Virus record (IMG/VR): IMGVR_UViG_2630968397_000004
DNA length: 17,408 nucleotides
DNA from: a virus
Lineage: Duplodnaviria; Heunggongvirae; Uroviricota; Caudoviricetes
Reading direction: 5' to 3' (one strand)
Shown here piece after piece: positions 1 to 9,188 of this stretch (the first letter of the stretch is position 1; each line of letters opens with the position of its first letter). The position numbers and the translations under genes are program-made. The notes beneath the pieces were generated by a model, which worked only from the letters and a program-made list of their open reading frames with translations, was not told the origin of the DNA and did no database searches.

Positions 1-1080
1 ATCGCTATCAAATCGGTCAAGACGAGATAGCAGGGCAAGTAATGTACCATCGGTTTGCTTACGTGAAAGTCCTTTAGCACTACAACGGTTTTCATTACGA
101 AGAGGACAACGATAAATCCCGTTTCTTGTATCGCTAAAGCCTGTGATAATCAGAGCATGACCACATTCAGAACAACGGATAACACCTTTAAAGAGATTCA
201 CACTCAATGGTTTAGCTGAAACAGGTTTTCGACCGTAACGAGAATGTGATAGTTGTTGAACTTTGTAGAATGTTGTTTCATCTATAATTGCAGGATAATA
301 ACCAGCTATCTCCTCACAGCCTTTAGGTGTGAAGTAACCAATTACAGAACGATTCTTCAAAAGGTCTTGCACAGAAGTTTGACCAAACTTACCCGGCTTA
401 TACTGGCTCATCGACTGGTGACCTTCAGCATTAAGAGTTCTGACAATCTCCCAGATAGACTTACCCTCTAACCGTAGCTGAAAGCACCTCTTCACAGTCT
501 CCACTTTCTCAGGTATCACAGAGAAGCTTTTACGGTCATCATTAAGCTTAAGCCATGCAGGACAACGTTTAGAAACTTTGATACCAGCTTTAGCAGCCTC
601 TTTCTTGGCATCCCATGCAGCCTGTATACGCTCAGCCTTACGTAATGATTCCTCATGCGCCCTTTGCATTATCAAAATGCTTTTAATCAGGGATAACGGG
701 TCTTTAAGAGACTCACTTGTGTAATGTTCACCATCGGACAGGGTGACTACATCTACACCAGCCCTTAAGATACGACGTAATAGCTCAGAAGCAATATCAA
801 TATCCTGACGTGAGAGACGGTCTAAACTCTCGATTAGTAGTGTATCACCAGCTTTAACAAGCCCTTTCTCGATAGCGGTTAAGAAGTCACCTAAGCCACC
901 TTTCAAGTGCTTACCAGTAAACCCGCTAACGCCTAAATCACGAAAAGATAAATCTTGGTCAAGGTAGTACTCAGGATGAGCCTTAAGCCAATCAGTGACC
1001 ATCTTAGATTGTCTGCGGAGTGAGTCGCCTTTAGCTTGCTTCTCTGATGAGAAACGAATGTATGAAATGACACGTTTCAT
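1..1080 (-). CDS. large serine recombinase, N-terminal 360 codons (ORF open to window edge, 3' end outside window)
   Basis: Reverse-strand ATG at 1078-1080 preceded by GAGGTGG Shine-Dalgarno. Manual translation MKRVISYIRFSSEKQAKGDSLRRQ... carries the serine-recombinase catalytic motif (YIRFSSxxQ), has no stop through position 1, and shows a Cys-rich zinc-ribbon-like stretch (IRCSECGH...YRCPLRNENRC) typical of large serine recombinases. Absent from ORF track because it has no in-window stop. Confidence 0.8.
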   Translation of the reverse strand, partial: MKRVISYIRFSSEKQAKGDSLRRQSKMVTDWLKAHPEYYLDQDLSFRDLGVSGFTGKHLKGGLGDFLTAIEKGLVKAGDTLLIESLDRLSRQDIDIASELLRRILRAGVDVVTLSDGEHYTSESLKDPLSLIKSILIMQRAHEESLRKAERIQAAWDAKKEAAKAGIKVSKRCPAWLKLNDDRKSFSVIPEKVETVKRCFQLRLEGKSIWEIVRTLNAEGHQSMSQYKPGKFGQTSVQDLLKNRSVIGYFTPKGCEEIAGYYPAIIDETTFYKVQQLSHSRYGRKPVSAKPLSVNLFKGVIRCSECGHALIITGFSDTRNGIYRCPLRNENRCSAKGLSRKQTDGTLLALLSRLDRFDSD

Positions 1081-1142
1081 TGTTTACCACCTCAAAACTG
1101 ATACCTAGATTGTATCGCTTTAGGTAGTGTATTTAAACGTGT

Positions 1143-4100
1143 CTAATAAATAACACCCGTATATATCAGCGTATTATCCAGGGTCGTTCGGTTATAAATT
1201 TCAGCACCGTTTTTCTTCACTATCAGGCGGCATGACGAATAAATATTGTTATTCTTCCGCTCATGTTTAGCACCGCGAAACGCCACCGCGGGAATAACAA
1301 TTTGCCGATCAAACGGCTGATCGTCATAAACCCTGACGGTAATGGTCCCTGATGGCCACCTCTCCGGTGCCCGGGAGTCCCGTGGGAAAGGTTTGCCCAC
1401 TGTTTTAACGAGATCGCCTTCAATCTGGTTCGCGGACAATTTTCCCAGAACCCGACAGTTCTTATTAATCGTGACGTTGTTGAGCGTCCCGGAGTTCGCG
1501 TTCACGTTACCGCTGATATCGGCATTTTTCGCCGTCAGCCGTCCGCCAGGTGTCAGGGAAAATGCCGGAGGATTACCGCCGCTGGTAATGGTCGGAGCCG
1601 TCAGGCATTTCAGGAACACGTCGTTCATGAATATCTGATCGCCCTGACCAACAAACATCGGCTTTGTGTTGCCATTCGCAGGATTAATCATCGCAATCCT
1701 GTCTGCCGCCAGCAGCACCTGACTCTGCATTCCTGCTGGCGTATTCTCAATACCGGCACCGATACCCGCAATATAAAGGCGTCCGTCCTTCATCTGTTGC
1801 AGCTTCACAGCCCACATGCTGTTCAGGTTATTATTTGTATCAACCTGAACTTTCTGTATCTGCTGGATTGCAGCACTCTGATTTTCCAGTTTTTTATTGA
1901 CGGTTTGCGTGATTTCATTGCTGACATTCGTAATGGACGTCCTGATTTCAGTCAGGTCCGGCGCAAGCTGACCGTTATCAATCTGCGTCCACAACTCCTT
2001 GCCGAGATGCGTTTTATTGATCAACCCTTTATAAAAATTCAGATAACCTTCTGCATCATCGCTCGCCCGACCGATGGCCTCCACAAATGCCGATTTGCCA
2101 ACGGTGTTCACACTGCGAACGTAAAAATAATAATCATGGCCCGGCCTGATATTGATACTGGCGGCTATCCAGTACAGCGCCGTGCCAAGATAGCGGGCGC
2201 TGGTTTCAACCTGCCTGATATCCGCAATCCGCTTTTCCGAAAACCAGAACTCAAACTGCACCGTCGGGTCATATACAGCCAGTTTCGGGACCGCCGTTAT
2301 CTGAAAATACCCCGGTATCAGTTCAATAGTGACAGGCGCTGCCGGTGCCGCAATCCGGAACGATACCGACGCCGGATCGCCCTGCTGCCCCCGGGCATTT
2401 ACCGCCCGGACTGTCAGACTGTAATTCCCCAGCGCCAGCTGCCTGAAGCGGTATGTGGTTTCCGTCGTCCTGGCTGTGCTGACCAGCCGCTCACTGCCGT
2501 CGTCCGCTGCCACGGTCAGGCGAAGCAGGAAGCTCACACCCTTCACCACCTTCGGCGTGTCCCATCGCGCCAGCACCTGATATTCCCCGCTGTCTGCGGT
2601 GACTTCGGCGGTCAGATGCTGCACCGCTGGCGGCGTGACACCATTCACCGTGCCGCGCCGGTCACCGTCAAAGTGTGCCCCGTTATCCACGATGGCCTCT
2701 TTTTCCGGCACATGCTGCACGGCGGTGATGGCATACGTGCCGTCGTCGTTCTCACGGATACTCACGCAGCGGAACAGACGCTGGCGCAGCGTCGGCAGCT
2801 TCAGCCCCCACACGCTGTATTCTGCAACGCCGTCAGGAACCCGGCTCACTTTCACCTTCACGCCGTCGGTGACGGACTGGACCTCCACGCTGACCGGATT
2901 GCCACTTCCGTCAACCAGGCTTATCAGCGTGGTACCGGAGGACGGCAGCGTGATTTCACGGTCGAGCGTCAGCGTCCGGGTCTGGCTGTTCACCGCCAGT
3001 ACGCGACCACCGGTGCTGATACCGGCATAATCATCATCGCAGATTTCAATGACATCACCCGGTACATGGCGAAGCCCTTCTGCGCCCACGCTGAAGTCCA
3101 CGGTCTGCGTTTCCAGCAGTTCCGTTTTAATCAGCCACAGCCCGGCTCGGTGTGCCTGCCCCCGGCTGGTACAGCCAAAGGCATCCATCTTCGTGACATT
3201 ACGACCGTAACGGGCAATGGCCTGCGTATCCTCCACAAGCTCTGTCGCCGTCTCCCAGCCGTTATCTGGGTCAATCCAGTTCACCTCAACGGCATTATGG
3301 CGGTCCTTCAGGGCGCTGAAGCTGTAGCGGAACGGCGCGCCATCGTCCGGCATCACCACATTACTGCGGTTATAGGTCCACACCTTATCCGACGGTCGGT
3401 CCTGCACGAACGTCAGCATCTGTCCGTTCCATACCGGCATACAGCGCATCGCCGAGCAGAAATCACTGAGAACATCCCACGCCTTACGCTGTGTGGTCAG
3501 GTAAGAGTTACAGGTGATGCGCGGCTCCGTGCCGCCAAATCCGTCCGTCACTGACTGGTCGCAGTACTGGCCGATGACATACAGCGCCCATTTGTCCACA
3601 TCTGCCGCACCAAGACGTTTCCCCATGCCGTAGCGCGGATGAGTGAGCATGTCCCACAGACACCAGGCCATGTTGTTGCTGTATGCTGGCTTAAGCGTTC
3701 CGTCCCAGATACCGCTGTATTGCCGCGTCTGCGGGTTATAGTTCGACGGCACCTGCAGAATGCGCCCGCGAAGATGATAATTGCGACTCACCTGCTGGTT
3801 ACCGAACTGCTCTGAATCCACCTGCACGCCGACCAGCGCCGTGTTCGGGTAGCACTGTTTCACATCGATGATTTCGGTGTACGACGACCAGAGCGTTTTG
3901 TTCTGCAGCTGGTCTGTGGTGCTGTCCGGTGTCATCCTGCGCATCCGGATATTAAACGGGCGCGGCGGCAGGTTACCCACCACCACCGAGGCCAGATACT
4001 GCGAAGTGGTTTTGCCCTTAATGGTGATGTCTTTTTCCGTCACCCAGCCACCGTTACGCTGTATCTGAACCAGCAGGCGGACTTCCGACGGATTCCGGTC

Positions 4101-4484
4101 ACCCTTTGAGGTGGTTTCCACCAGTGCCTGCACACCGAAGGTCAGGCGCAGACGGTCGATGTTTGCCGACGTGATGGTCCGGGTGATCGGCGTGTCATAT
4201 TTCACTTCCGTACCCAGCACCGTCTCGGAGCCGGAGGATTCAAAACCCTCCGGCGGTGTCTGCTCCTGCTCACCTGCACGGAACACCACCGTAACACCGG
4301 AAAAGTTTGTCTTCCCCTCGCTGTCCAGGACCGGCGTACCGTTCAGCAGCACGCTTTTTAATCCATCCACCGGACCGTCAACCGGCCCTTCGCTGATGGC
4401 ATCAATCACACTCAGCAACTGCGTGGATTTCAGGTTGTCCTTCGCTTCGCGCGGGGTATGCCCCTTACTGCTGCCTTTACCCAT
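1143..4484 (-). CDS. J: lambda J-like host specificity protein / central tail fibre (1113 aa)
   Basis: ORF track 1113 aa starting [34 protein letters not shown]..., recognised as lambda gpJ over most of its length. GAGG Shine-Dalgarno 4 nt upstream of ATG. Sits downstream of I as in lambda. Confidence 0.93.
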   Translation of the reverse strand: MGKGSSKGHTPREAKDNLKSTQLLSVIDAISEGPVDGPVDGLKSVLLNGTPVLDSEGKTNFSGVTVVFRAGEQEQTPPEGFESSGSETVLGTEVKYDTPITRTITSANIDRLRLTFGVQALVETTSKGDRNPSEVRLLVQIQRNGGWVTEKDITIKGKTTSQYLASVVVGNLPPRPFNIRMRRMTPDSTTDQLQNKTLWSSYTEIIDVKQCYPNTALVGVQVDSEQFGNQQVSRNYHLRGRILQVPSNYNPQTRQYSGIWDGTLKPAYSNNMAWCLWDMLTHPRYGMGKRLGAADVDKWALYVIGQYCDQSVTDGFGGTEPRITCNSYLTTQRKAWDVLSDFCSAMRCMPVWNGQMLTFVQDRPSDKVWTYNRSNVVMPDDGAPFRYSFSALKDRHNAVEVNWIDPDNGWETATELVEDTQAIARYGRNVTKMDAFGCTSRGQAHRAGLWLIKTELLETQTVDFSVGAEGLRHVPGDVIEICDDDYAGISTGGRVLAVNSQTRTLTLDREITLPSSGTTLISLVDGSGNPVSVEVQSVTDGVKVKVSRVPDGVAEYSVWGLKLPTLRQRLFRCVSIRENDDGTYAITAVQHVPEKEAIVDNGAHFDGDRRGTVNGVTPPAVQHLTAEVTADSGEYQVLARWDTPKVVKGVSFLLRLTVAADDGSERLVSTARTTETTYRFRQLALGNYSLTVRAVNARGQQGDPASVSFRIAAPAAPVTIELIPGYFQITAVPKLAVYDPTVQFEFWFSEKRIADIRQVETSARYLGTALYWIAASINIRPGHDYYFYVRSVNTVGKSAFVEAIGRASDDAEGYLNFYKGLINKTHLGKELWTQIDNGQLAPDLTEIRTSITNVSNEITQTVNKKLENQSAAIQQIQKVQVDTNNNLNSMWAVKLQQMKDGRLYIAGIGAGIENTPAGMQSQVLLAADRIAMINPANGNTKPMFVGQGDQIFMNDVFLKCLTAPTITSGGNPPAFSLTPGGRLTAKNADISGNVNANSGTLNNVTINKNCRVLGKLSANQIEGDLVKTVGKPFPRDSRAPERWPSGTITVRVYDDQPFDRQIVIPAVAFRGAKHERKNNNIYSSCRLIVKKNGAEIYNRTTLDNTLIYTGVIY

Positions 4485-4506
4485 TCCTCACGCTCCATAA
4501 ACGACA

Positions 4507-4526
4507 AAACCGCCCGCAGGCGGTTT
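4507..4526 (-). promoter_or_regulatory. 8-bp perfect hairpin (AAACCGCC-cgca-GGCGGTTT) followed by U-rich tract in I-J intergenic region; possible attenuator/terminator upstream of J
   Basis: Seen directly in sequence between I stop (4545) and J start (4484). On the sense (minus) strand the stem is followed by TTTTGTCGTTTAT. Confidence 0.3.
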
Positions 4527-4544
4527 CACATAAAACATTTTGCA

Positions 4545-5186
4545 TCAGCGACCAATCACCACAACCTGACCACCATCCCCTTCGTCTGCCGTGCTGATCT
4601 CCTGAGAAACCACACGTGACCCCACGCGCATTTCACCGTACAGAACGGGCAGAACATTGCCCTGGGCAACCATGTTATCCAGTGACGAGAAATACGTGTT
4701 CTGCTTACCGTTATCCGTTGTCTGTGTACGGGGAGTTCTGGCTTTCGGTGCCAGCATCTGTGCAACACCGCCAAGCGTCATACTGGCACCGAGAGAAAAC
4801 AGCAGATTACTCGCCATAATTCCTACCCCCGGCATCCATATAGCAACCGCCATAACAGCCGCCCCCAGCACCGCCTGAAACACACCGCCACTTTTAGCTC
4901 CCACCAGACGCGGTACTATGTGGATCACTGCACCATTTGCCAGCGGCTCATTAAGACGGGCAGACAATTCGGTTTCACCTGCATCACGCCCGGCAATGCG
5001 CACCTGATACCAGCCGTCACTCAGTTTCTGACGAAACGCCGGGAGCTGTGTGGCCAGTGCCCGGATGGCTTCAGCCCCCGTTTTCACACGAAGGTCGATG
5101 CGGCGACCAAATCGTTGTAAATCCCCGTAAAGGCAGATGCGCGCCATGCCCGGTGACGCCAGAGGGAGTGTGTGCGTCGCTGCCAT
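4545..5186 (-). CDS. I: lambda I-like tail tip assembly protein (213 aa)
   Basis: ORF track protein MAATHTLPLASPGMARICLYGDLQRFGRRIDLRVKTGAEAIRALATQLPAF... recognised as lambda gpI. Overlaps K by 103 nt as in lambda. Confidence 0.9.
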   Translation of the reverse strand: MAATHTLPLASPGMARICLYGDLQRFGRRIDLRVKTGAEAIRALATQLPAFRQKLSDGWYQVRIAGRDAGETELSARLNEPLANGAVIHIVPRLVGAKSGGVFQAVLGAAVMAVAIWMPGVGIMASNLLFSLGASMTLGGVAQMLAPKARTPRTQTTDNGKQNTYFSSLDNMVAQGNVLPVLYGEMRVGSRVVSQEISTADEGDGGQVVVIGR

Positions 5187-5827
5187 TTGTCGGTGTACCT
5201 CTCTCGTTTGCTCAGTTGTTCAGGAATATGGTGCAGCAGCCCGCCGTCACCGCAGTAAATGGCGGCATGATTCGGCACCGATGAACCAAAACAGCACAGC
5301 AGCACATCGCCCGGCTGTGCCTCTGTCAGTGCGACACGGTAAAAACCCGTCACCTCCATATTGTCAAGATAGAGATTCTGACCGTTACGCCACCAGTCAT
5401 CCCCGCGATGAAAATCCGGCATCTCAATCCCTGCCAGATGATAAGCATCCCGGAACAGCGTGTAACAGTCCGTCACCCCGTGCTCAAAGCGCCGCCCGGT
5501 GAGATGCGGCACACAGCGGAACTTGTGAATCGCCCCCCGGCAGACCAGCCACCACGGCAAATCACTCTGCACCTGCAGCCGCCGGTCAGCCTCACTCAGC
5601 CAGGGCAGACCACCGGGATGACTGTGGACCAGCGCCACAATCTCACCCTGCATTTGTGCCCGCAGCCAGTCCTCCGGAGCCATCCGGAACCGTTCCTCCG
5701 GCTCACCGGAGATATTCTCGCTGGGAAGATACCTGTCTCCCTCCGGCGTTCTTACCACGAAGCCACACGACTCCGCTGGCGCACATCGCCGGGCGTGCGC
5801 CAGAATCGCTGATTCTGTCTGTGTCAT
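5084..5827 (-). CDS. K: lambda K-like tail tip assembly protein (MPN/JAMM-like HSHP motif; 247 aa from the ATG at 5825-5827)
   Basis: Track ORF 5084..6091 starts at an upstream GTG that overlaps L and is probably over-extended. The in-frame ATG giving MTQTESAILAHARR... lies 4 nt after the L stop. A later internal ATG (5681-5683, MAPEDWL...) would give 199 aa. HSHPGG and NlpC/P60-like C-terminal region recognised. Confidence 0.85.
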   Translation of the reverse strand: MTQTESAILAHARRCAPAESCGFVVRTPEGDRYLPSENISGEPEERFRMAPEDWLRAQMQGEIVALVHSHPGGLPWLSEADRRLQVQSDLPWWLVCRGAIHKFRCVPHLTGRRFEHGVTDCYTLFRDAYHLAGIEMPDFHRGDDWWRNGQNLYLDNMEVTGFYRVALTEAQPGDVLLCCFGSSVPNHAAIYCGDGGLLHHIPEQLSKRERYTDKWQRRTHSLWRHRAWRASAFTGIYNDLVAASTFV

Positions 5828-5831
5828 GGAT

Positions 5832-6530
5832 TTACTGAGAAAGTTTATTGATGGAAAGGAAACCGCCGAAATTACCGGTATTGTTGCGCAACTCACACCC
5901 GCGCATACACTTGCTGCATTTGTCCTTCCGGATATCCGTCGTTGGTTTGTCGAACTCGTCAGCCACTGCCCTGCCCGTGTAACCACACTCATCAGAACGG
6001 TAAGTCCACATACAGGTATTCGCCAGCATGATACGCCCCGGGAAAACCGCGCCATCCGTCTCCGTTGGTGTGGCCAGCACAAAAGAGGCACTGACCGCGC
6101 TCAGTTCGCTGCACTGCTCGATGCGCCAGCGGCTGATCACCTCCTGTTCCGGATCGGCGTCGCTGTTTCCGTTGACGAAGTTCACCGCATCCAGAAAACG
6201 GGCGTAAACCTTACGCCTGACCACCGTTCCGCCGACCAGACTCTGCAGGTCTTCCGCCATCCCGGTGACCATTCCGTGCAGGTTAGAAACCGTCAGTGTC
6301 GGACGGGCAGCACTGCCCTTGCCGTTCAGTTCAAATCCCGTCCCCTGAATGGGGTATGCCTGATACTGCCGCCCCTGCCAGGTAACCGGCTCACCTTTTT
6401 CGTTCTGCTCATTACAGAAAAAATAACGTTCACCACCGACCTCTGTCAGATCGATTTCCCAGAGCACCACCTGGGCTGACTGAGTGAGGCGTGTCGTCTC
6501 ATGATGTGTTTCCTGTGGAATATCCTGCAT
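5832..6530 (-). CDS. L: lambda L-like tail tip protein (232 aa)
   Basis: ORF track protein MQDIPQETHHETTRLTQSAQVVLWEIDLTEVGGERYFFCNEQ... recognised as lambda gpL; same length and gene order as lambda. Confidence 0.9.
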   Translation of the reverse strand: MQDIPQETHHETTRLTQSAQVVLWEIDLTEVGGERYFFCNEQNEKGEPVTWQGRQYQAYPIQGTGFELNGKGSAARPTLTVSNLHGMVTGMAEDLQSLVGGTVVRRKVYARFLDAVNFVNGNSDADPEQEVISRWRIEQCSELSAVSASFVLATPTETDGAVFPGRIMLANTCMWTYRSDECGYTGRAVADEFDKPTTDIRKDKCSKCMRGCELRNNTGNFGGFLSINKLSQ

Positions 6531-6539
6531 CAGAGCCTC

Positions 6540-6869
6540 CTATGCCACGACCTGTTCAAAATCTGCCGTTATGGTTACCCACAACGCCCCCACGCTTGCC
6601 GACCATTTACGACAAACCACCCTGATCGGCTTCCAGTCATAAGGTGGCGTCCACTGAAATGCGCGGACGCCACCGTGCCGTTCCAGAAAGGCTTTTAAAA
6701 ATGGGTGTTCACCTTTACGAACACGTATCTTCACGCTGTAAGTCGACAACTGGTTATTCAGTCCCGCCGCACGACGCTGTTCATAACCATCGCCCAGCTT
6801 CACTGTCACCACTTTCGGCTCTGATACCACATTCATATCCGGGCGCACTTTCCAGTGAAACGTCTCCAT
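6540..6869 (-). CDS. M: lambda M-like tail tip protein (109 aa)
   Basis: ORF track protein METFHWKVRPDMNVVSEPKVVTVKLGDGYEQRRAAGLNNQ... recognised as lambda gpM. Start overlaps the stop of the H fragment. Confidence 0.9.
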   Translation of the reverse strand: METFHWKVRPDMNVVSEPKVVTVKLGDGYEQRRAAGLNNQLSTYSVKIRVRKGEHPFLKAFLERHGGVRAFQWTPPYDWKPIRVVCRKWSASVGALWVTITADFEQVVA

Positions 6870-7208
6870 TACCGGTATGCTCCACTTAACCGGCCACCAT
6901 CACGGGCCTGCTGTTGCATAAAGTCCGCGGCCGCTTTTTTCCCGAGGTCATAAACCACCTTCAGGGCAGCCGGACCTATCTGCCCGTTCGTGCCATCGTT
7001 ATTGATCTCAATGTTGTACTGCGGGGCAAACATCACCATGCCTGAACCACCAGTATCCGCCACACCCCCCAGCTTACCATCAGCACCGCGACGCAGTGGC
7101 AGAATGGCTTCAGGTCCCGCTTCCCCCATCACACCCGCGCCTTTTGCAAAAGCAAAAAACGTCGGACGGTTAACCACCGTGCCACTGTAGCGACTCAAAT
7201 CAGCAGAC
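6869..7208 (-). pseudogene. H: 3' fragment of lambda H-like tape measure gene, truncated by IS600 insertion
   Basis: Reading frame is open from the IS600 left end (7209) down to the stop at 6869 and encodes ...ADLSRYSGTVVNRPTFFAFAKGAGVMGEAGPEAILPLRRGADGKLGG..., a tape-measure C-terminus-like sequence. The track's leading MSVKLRLP residues are encoded by IS600 terminal sequence. Confidence 0.8.
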
Positions 7209-7690
7209 TGAGGTAGCCTGAGTTTAACGGACACTCCTTCCTGAAATAGAATGGCATCAGAAGGAGCTAATAATGAGCAGAAAAACCCAACGTTACTCTA
7301 AAGAGTTCAAAGCCGAAGCTGTCAGAACGGTTCCTGAAAATCAACTTTCGATCAGTGAAGGCGCTTCCCGATTATCTCTTCCTGAAGGCACTTTAGGACA
7401 ATGGGTTACCGCCGCCAGAAAAGGGCTCGGTACTCCTGGTTCCCGCACGGTGGCTGAACTGGAATCTGAAATTCTGCAACTGCGTAAGGCGTTAAATGAA
7501 GCTCGCCTTGAGCGAGATATATTAAAAAAAGCAACAGCGTATTTTGCACAGGAGTCGCTGAAAAATACGCGTTAATCGAACAATGGCGACAACAATTTCC
7601 CATTGAAGCGATGTGTCAGGTATTTGGTGTATCCAGGAGCGGTTATTACAACTGGGTACAGCATGAACCCTCAGACAGAAAACAAAGTGA
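7209..7690 (+). mobile_element. IS600 (IS3 family), truncated copy 1: left 482 bp only
   Basis: Starts with the same TGAGGTAGCCTGAGTTTAACGG terminus and orfA offset (64 nt) as the full-length copy at 15654-16917. Sequence stops matching after ...AAAGTGA, where a second IS600 left end begins. Confidence 0.9.
7273..7575 (+). CDS. IS600 OrfA (100 aa, helix-turn-helix transposase N-terminal part)
   Basis: ORF track; identical to orfA of copy 3. A7 slippery run (TTAAAAAAAGC) near the 3' end where the -1 frame is open. Confidence 0.9.
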   Translation: MSRKTQRYSKEFKAEAVRTVPENQLSISEGASRLSLPEGTLGQWVTAARKGLGTPGSRTVAELESEILQLRKALNEARLERDILKKATAYFAQESLKNTR

Positions 7691-7751
7691 GGTAGCCTGA
7701 GTTTAACGGACACTCCTTCCTGAAATAGAATGGCATCAGAAGGAGCTAATA

Positions 7752-8054
7752 ATGAGCAGAAAAACCCAACGTTACTCTAAAGAGTTCAAAGCCGAAGCTG
7801 TCAGAACGGTTCTTGAAAATCAACTTTCGATCAGTGAAGGCGCTTCCCGATTATCTCTTCCTGAAGGCACTTTAGGACAATGGGTTACCGCCGCCAGAAA
7901 AGGGCTCGGTACTCCTGGTTCCCGCACGGTGGCTGAACTGGAATCTGAAATTCTGCAACTGCGTAAGGCGTTAAATGAAGCTCGCCTTGAGCGAGATATA
8001 TTAAAAAAAGCAACAGCGTATTTTGCACAGGAGTCGCTGAAAAATACGCGTTAA
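7752..8054 (+). CDS. IS600 OrfA (100 aa)
   Basis: ORF track; P21L variant of the other copies. Confidence 0.9.
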   Translation: MSRKTQRYSKEFKAEAVRTVLENQLSISEGASRLSLPEGTLGQWVTAARKGLGTPGSRTVAELESEILQLRKALNEARLERDILKKATAYFAQESLKNTR

Positions 8055-8089
8055 TCGAACAATGGCGACAACAATTTCCCATTGAAGCG

Positions 8090-8729
8090 ATGTGTCAGGT
8101 ATTTGGTGTATCCAGGAGCGGTTATTACAACTGGGTACAGCATGAACCCTCAGACAGAAAACAAAGTGATGAGCGGCTAAAACTGGAGATTAAGGTGGCA
8201 CATATCCGCACTCGCGAAACATATGGAACCCGGCGGCTCCAGACGGAGCTGGCAGAGAATGGCATCATCGTTGGTCGTGACCGACTGGCACGTCTTCGTA
8301 AGGAGCTAAGGCTACGCTGTAAGCAGAAACGCAAGTTCAGAGCGACTACGAACTCGAACCACAATCTGCCAGTTGCGCCAAATCTGCTGAACCAGACGTT
8401 CGCTCCTACAGCACCAAATCAGGTCTGGGTGGCGGACCTGACGTATGTTGCCACACAGGAGGGATGGTTGTACCTCGCAGGAGCAGTCTGGTCTGAAAAC
8501 ATCAATGTCGCGTAAAGGTAACTGTTACGACAACGCTCCGATGGAAAGCTTCTGGGGAACGCTGAAAAATGAGAGCCTGAGCCACTATCGTTTTAATAAC
8601 CGGGATGAAGCCATCTCAGTAATACGGGAATACATTGAGATTTTCTACAATCGTCAGCGTCGTCACTCTCGTCTGGGGAATATCTCCCCGGCAGCCTTCA
8701 GGGAAAAATATCATCAGATGGCTGCTTAA
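8090..8729 (+). pseudogene. IS600 orfB disrupted by the 179-bp deletion (frameshifted; split into 141-aa and 94-aa track ORFs)
   Basis: Track ORFs 8090..8515 and 8445..8729 together correspond to the 272-aa OrfB of copy 3 minus residues IKDVYTCE...DYRVIQ. Confidence 0.85.
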
Positions 8730-8822
8730 AAAAAGAACAAATGGTAGTGTCCGCTATTGCCAGTACACCTCACACTCTATCCAACAAACCACCCACAGTT
8801 AATCGGAATAAAAGCAGAGTGC

Positions 8823-8895
8823 TTATGAATGATCGCACGCCCGAAGGTTAGTATTTCTGCACAGCAATTTTGCAAAAAAAGGCGATCATTCATAA
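8823..8895. repeat. 14-bp perfect inverted repeat (TTATGAATGATCGC / GCGATCATTCATAA) with 45-bp spacer
   Basis: Seen directly: arms at 8823-8836 and 8882-8895, between IS600 copy 2 and tRNA-Gly. Confidence 0.6.
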
Positions 8896-8902
8896 CTTAA
8901 AC

Positions 8903-8948
8903 GTCTTTCAGTCACTCCGGGATTTCCCATCATCGCAGACTGAAAGAC
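8903..8948. repeat. 11-bp perfect inverted repeat (GTCTTTCAGTC / GACTGAAAGAC) with 24-nt spacer, just downstream of the tRNA cluster 3' end
   Basis: Seen directly: arms at 8903-8913 and 8938-8948. Possible processing or terminator hairpin for the tRNA transcript. Confidence 0.5.
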
Positions 8949-8954
8949 TCTGAC

Positions 8955-9029
<75 letters not shown>

Positions 9030-9032
9030 ATA

Positions 9033-9108
<76 letters not shown>

Positions 9109-9110
9109 GC

Positions 9111-9187
9111 TGGCCCACCACCGAGGACTCGAACCTCGCACCGTCAACTTAGAAGGTTGATGCTCTATCCGGATGAGCTAGTGGTGG
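9111..9187 (-). tRNA. tRNA-Arg (anticodon UCU), 77 nt with encoded CCA
   Basis: Reverse complement CCACCACTAGCTCATCCGGATAGAGCATCAACCTTCTAAGTTGACGGTGCGAGGTTCGAGTCCTCGGTGGTGGGCCA. All four stems pair; anticodon loop CTTCTAA. Confidence 0.75.
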
Positions 9188-9188
9188 T

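Larger units (their letters stand above)
7688..8772 (+). mobile_element. IS600 copy 2 with 179-bp internal deletion in orfB (1085 bp versus 1264 bp)
   Basis: Both termini present (TGAGGTAG...CACCTCA). Alignment to copy 3 shows sequence equivalent to 16445-16623 missing at junction 8477/8478. orfA differs from copies 1 and 3 by one residue (P21L). Confidence 0.9.

Noticed and set aside
253-471. 72-aa plus-strand ORF
   Set aside because: Antisense to the serine recombinase reading frame, which carries clear catalytic motifs.
1797-3554. 585-aa plus-strand ORF, with a nested 143-aa ORF at 2599..3030
   Set aside because: Lies entirely antisense to the J gene, whose product matches lambda J. Long antisense ORFs are expected in a GC-rich gene. 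Composition is Arg/Pro/His-rich and low-complexity, with no ribosome-binding site.
5826-6479. 217-aa plus-strand ORF
   Set aside because: Antisense to the lambda L-like gene. Other small ORFs overlapping I and K (4111..4500, 4616..4878, 5048..5812) are rejected for the same reason.
7406-7713. Minus-strand ORFs inside IS600 (65-aa and 63-aa; repeated at 7885..8082 and 15851..16048)
   Set aside because: Antisense to IS600 orfA and identical in every IS copy, so they are repeat-borne chance ORFs. The 63-aa ORF merely reads through the IS terminus.
8773-8954. Shiga toxin genes downstream of the Q-tRNA module
   Set aside because: The spacer is only 182 bp before IS600 and contains no ORF; no stxA or stxB-like reading frame occurs anywhere in the window.
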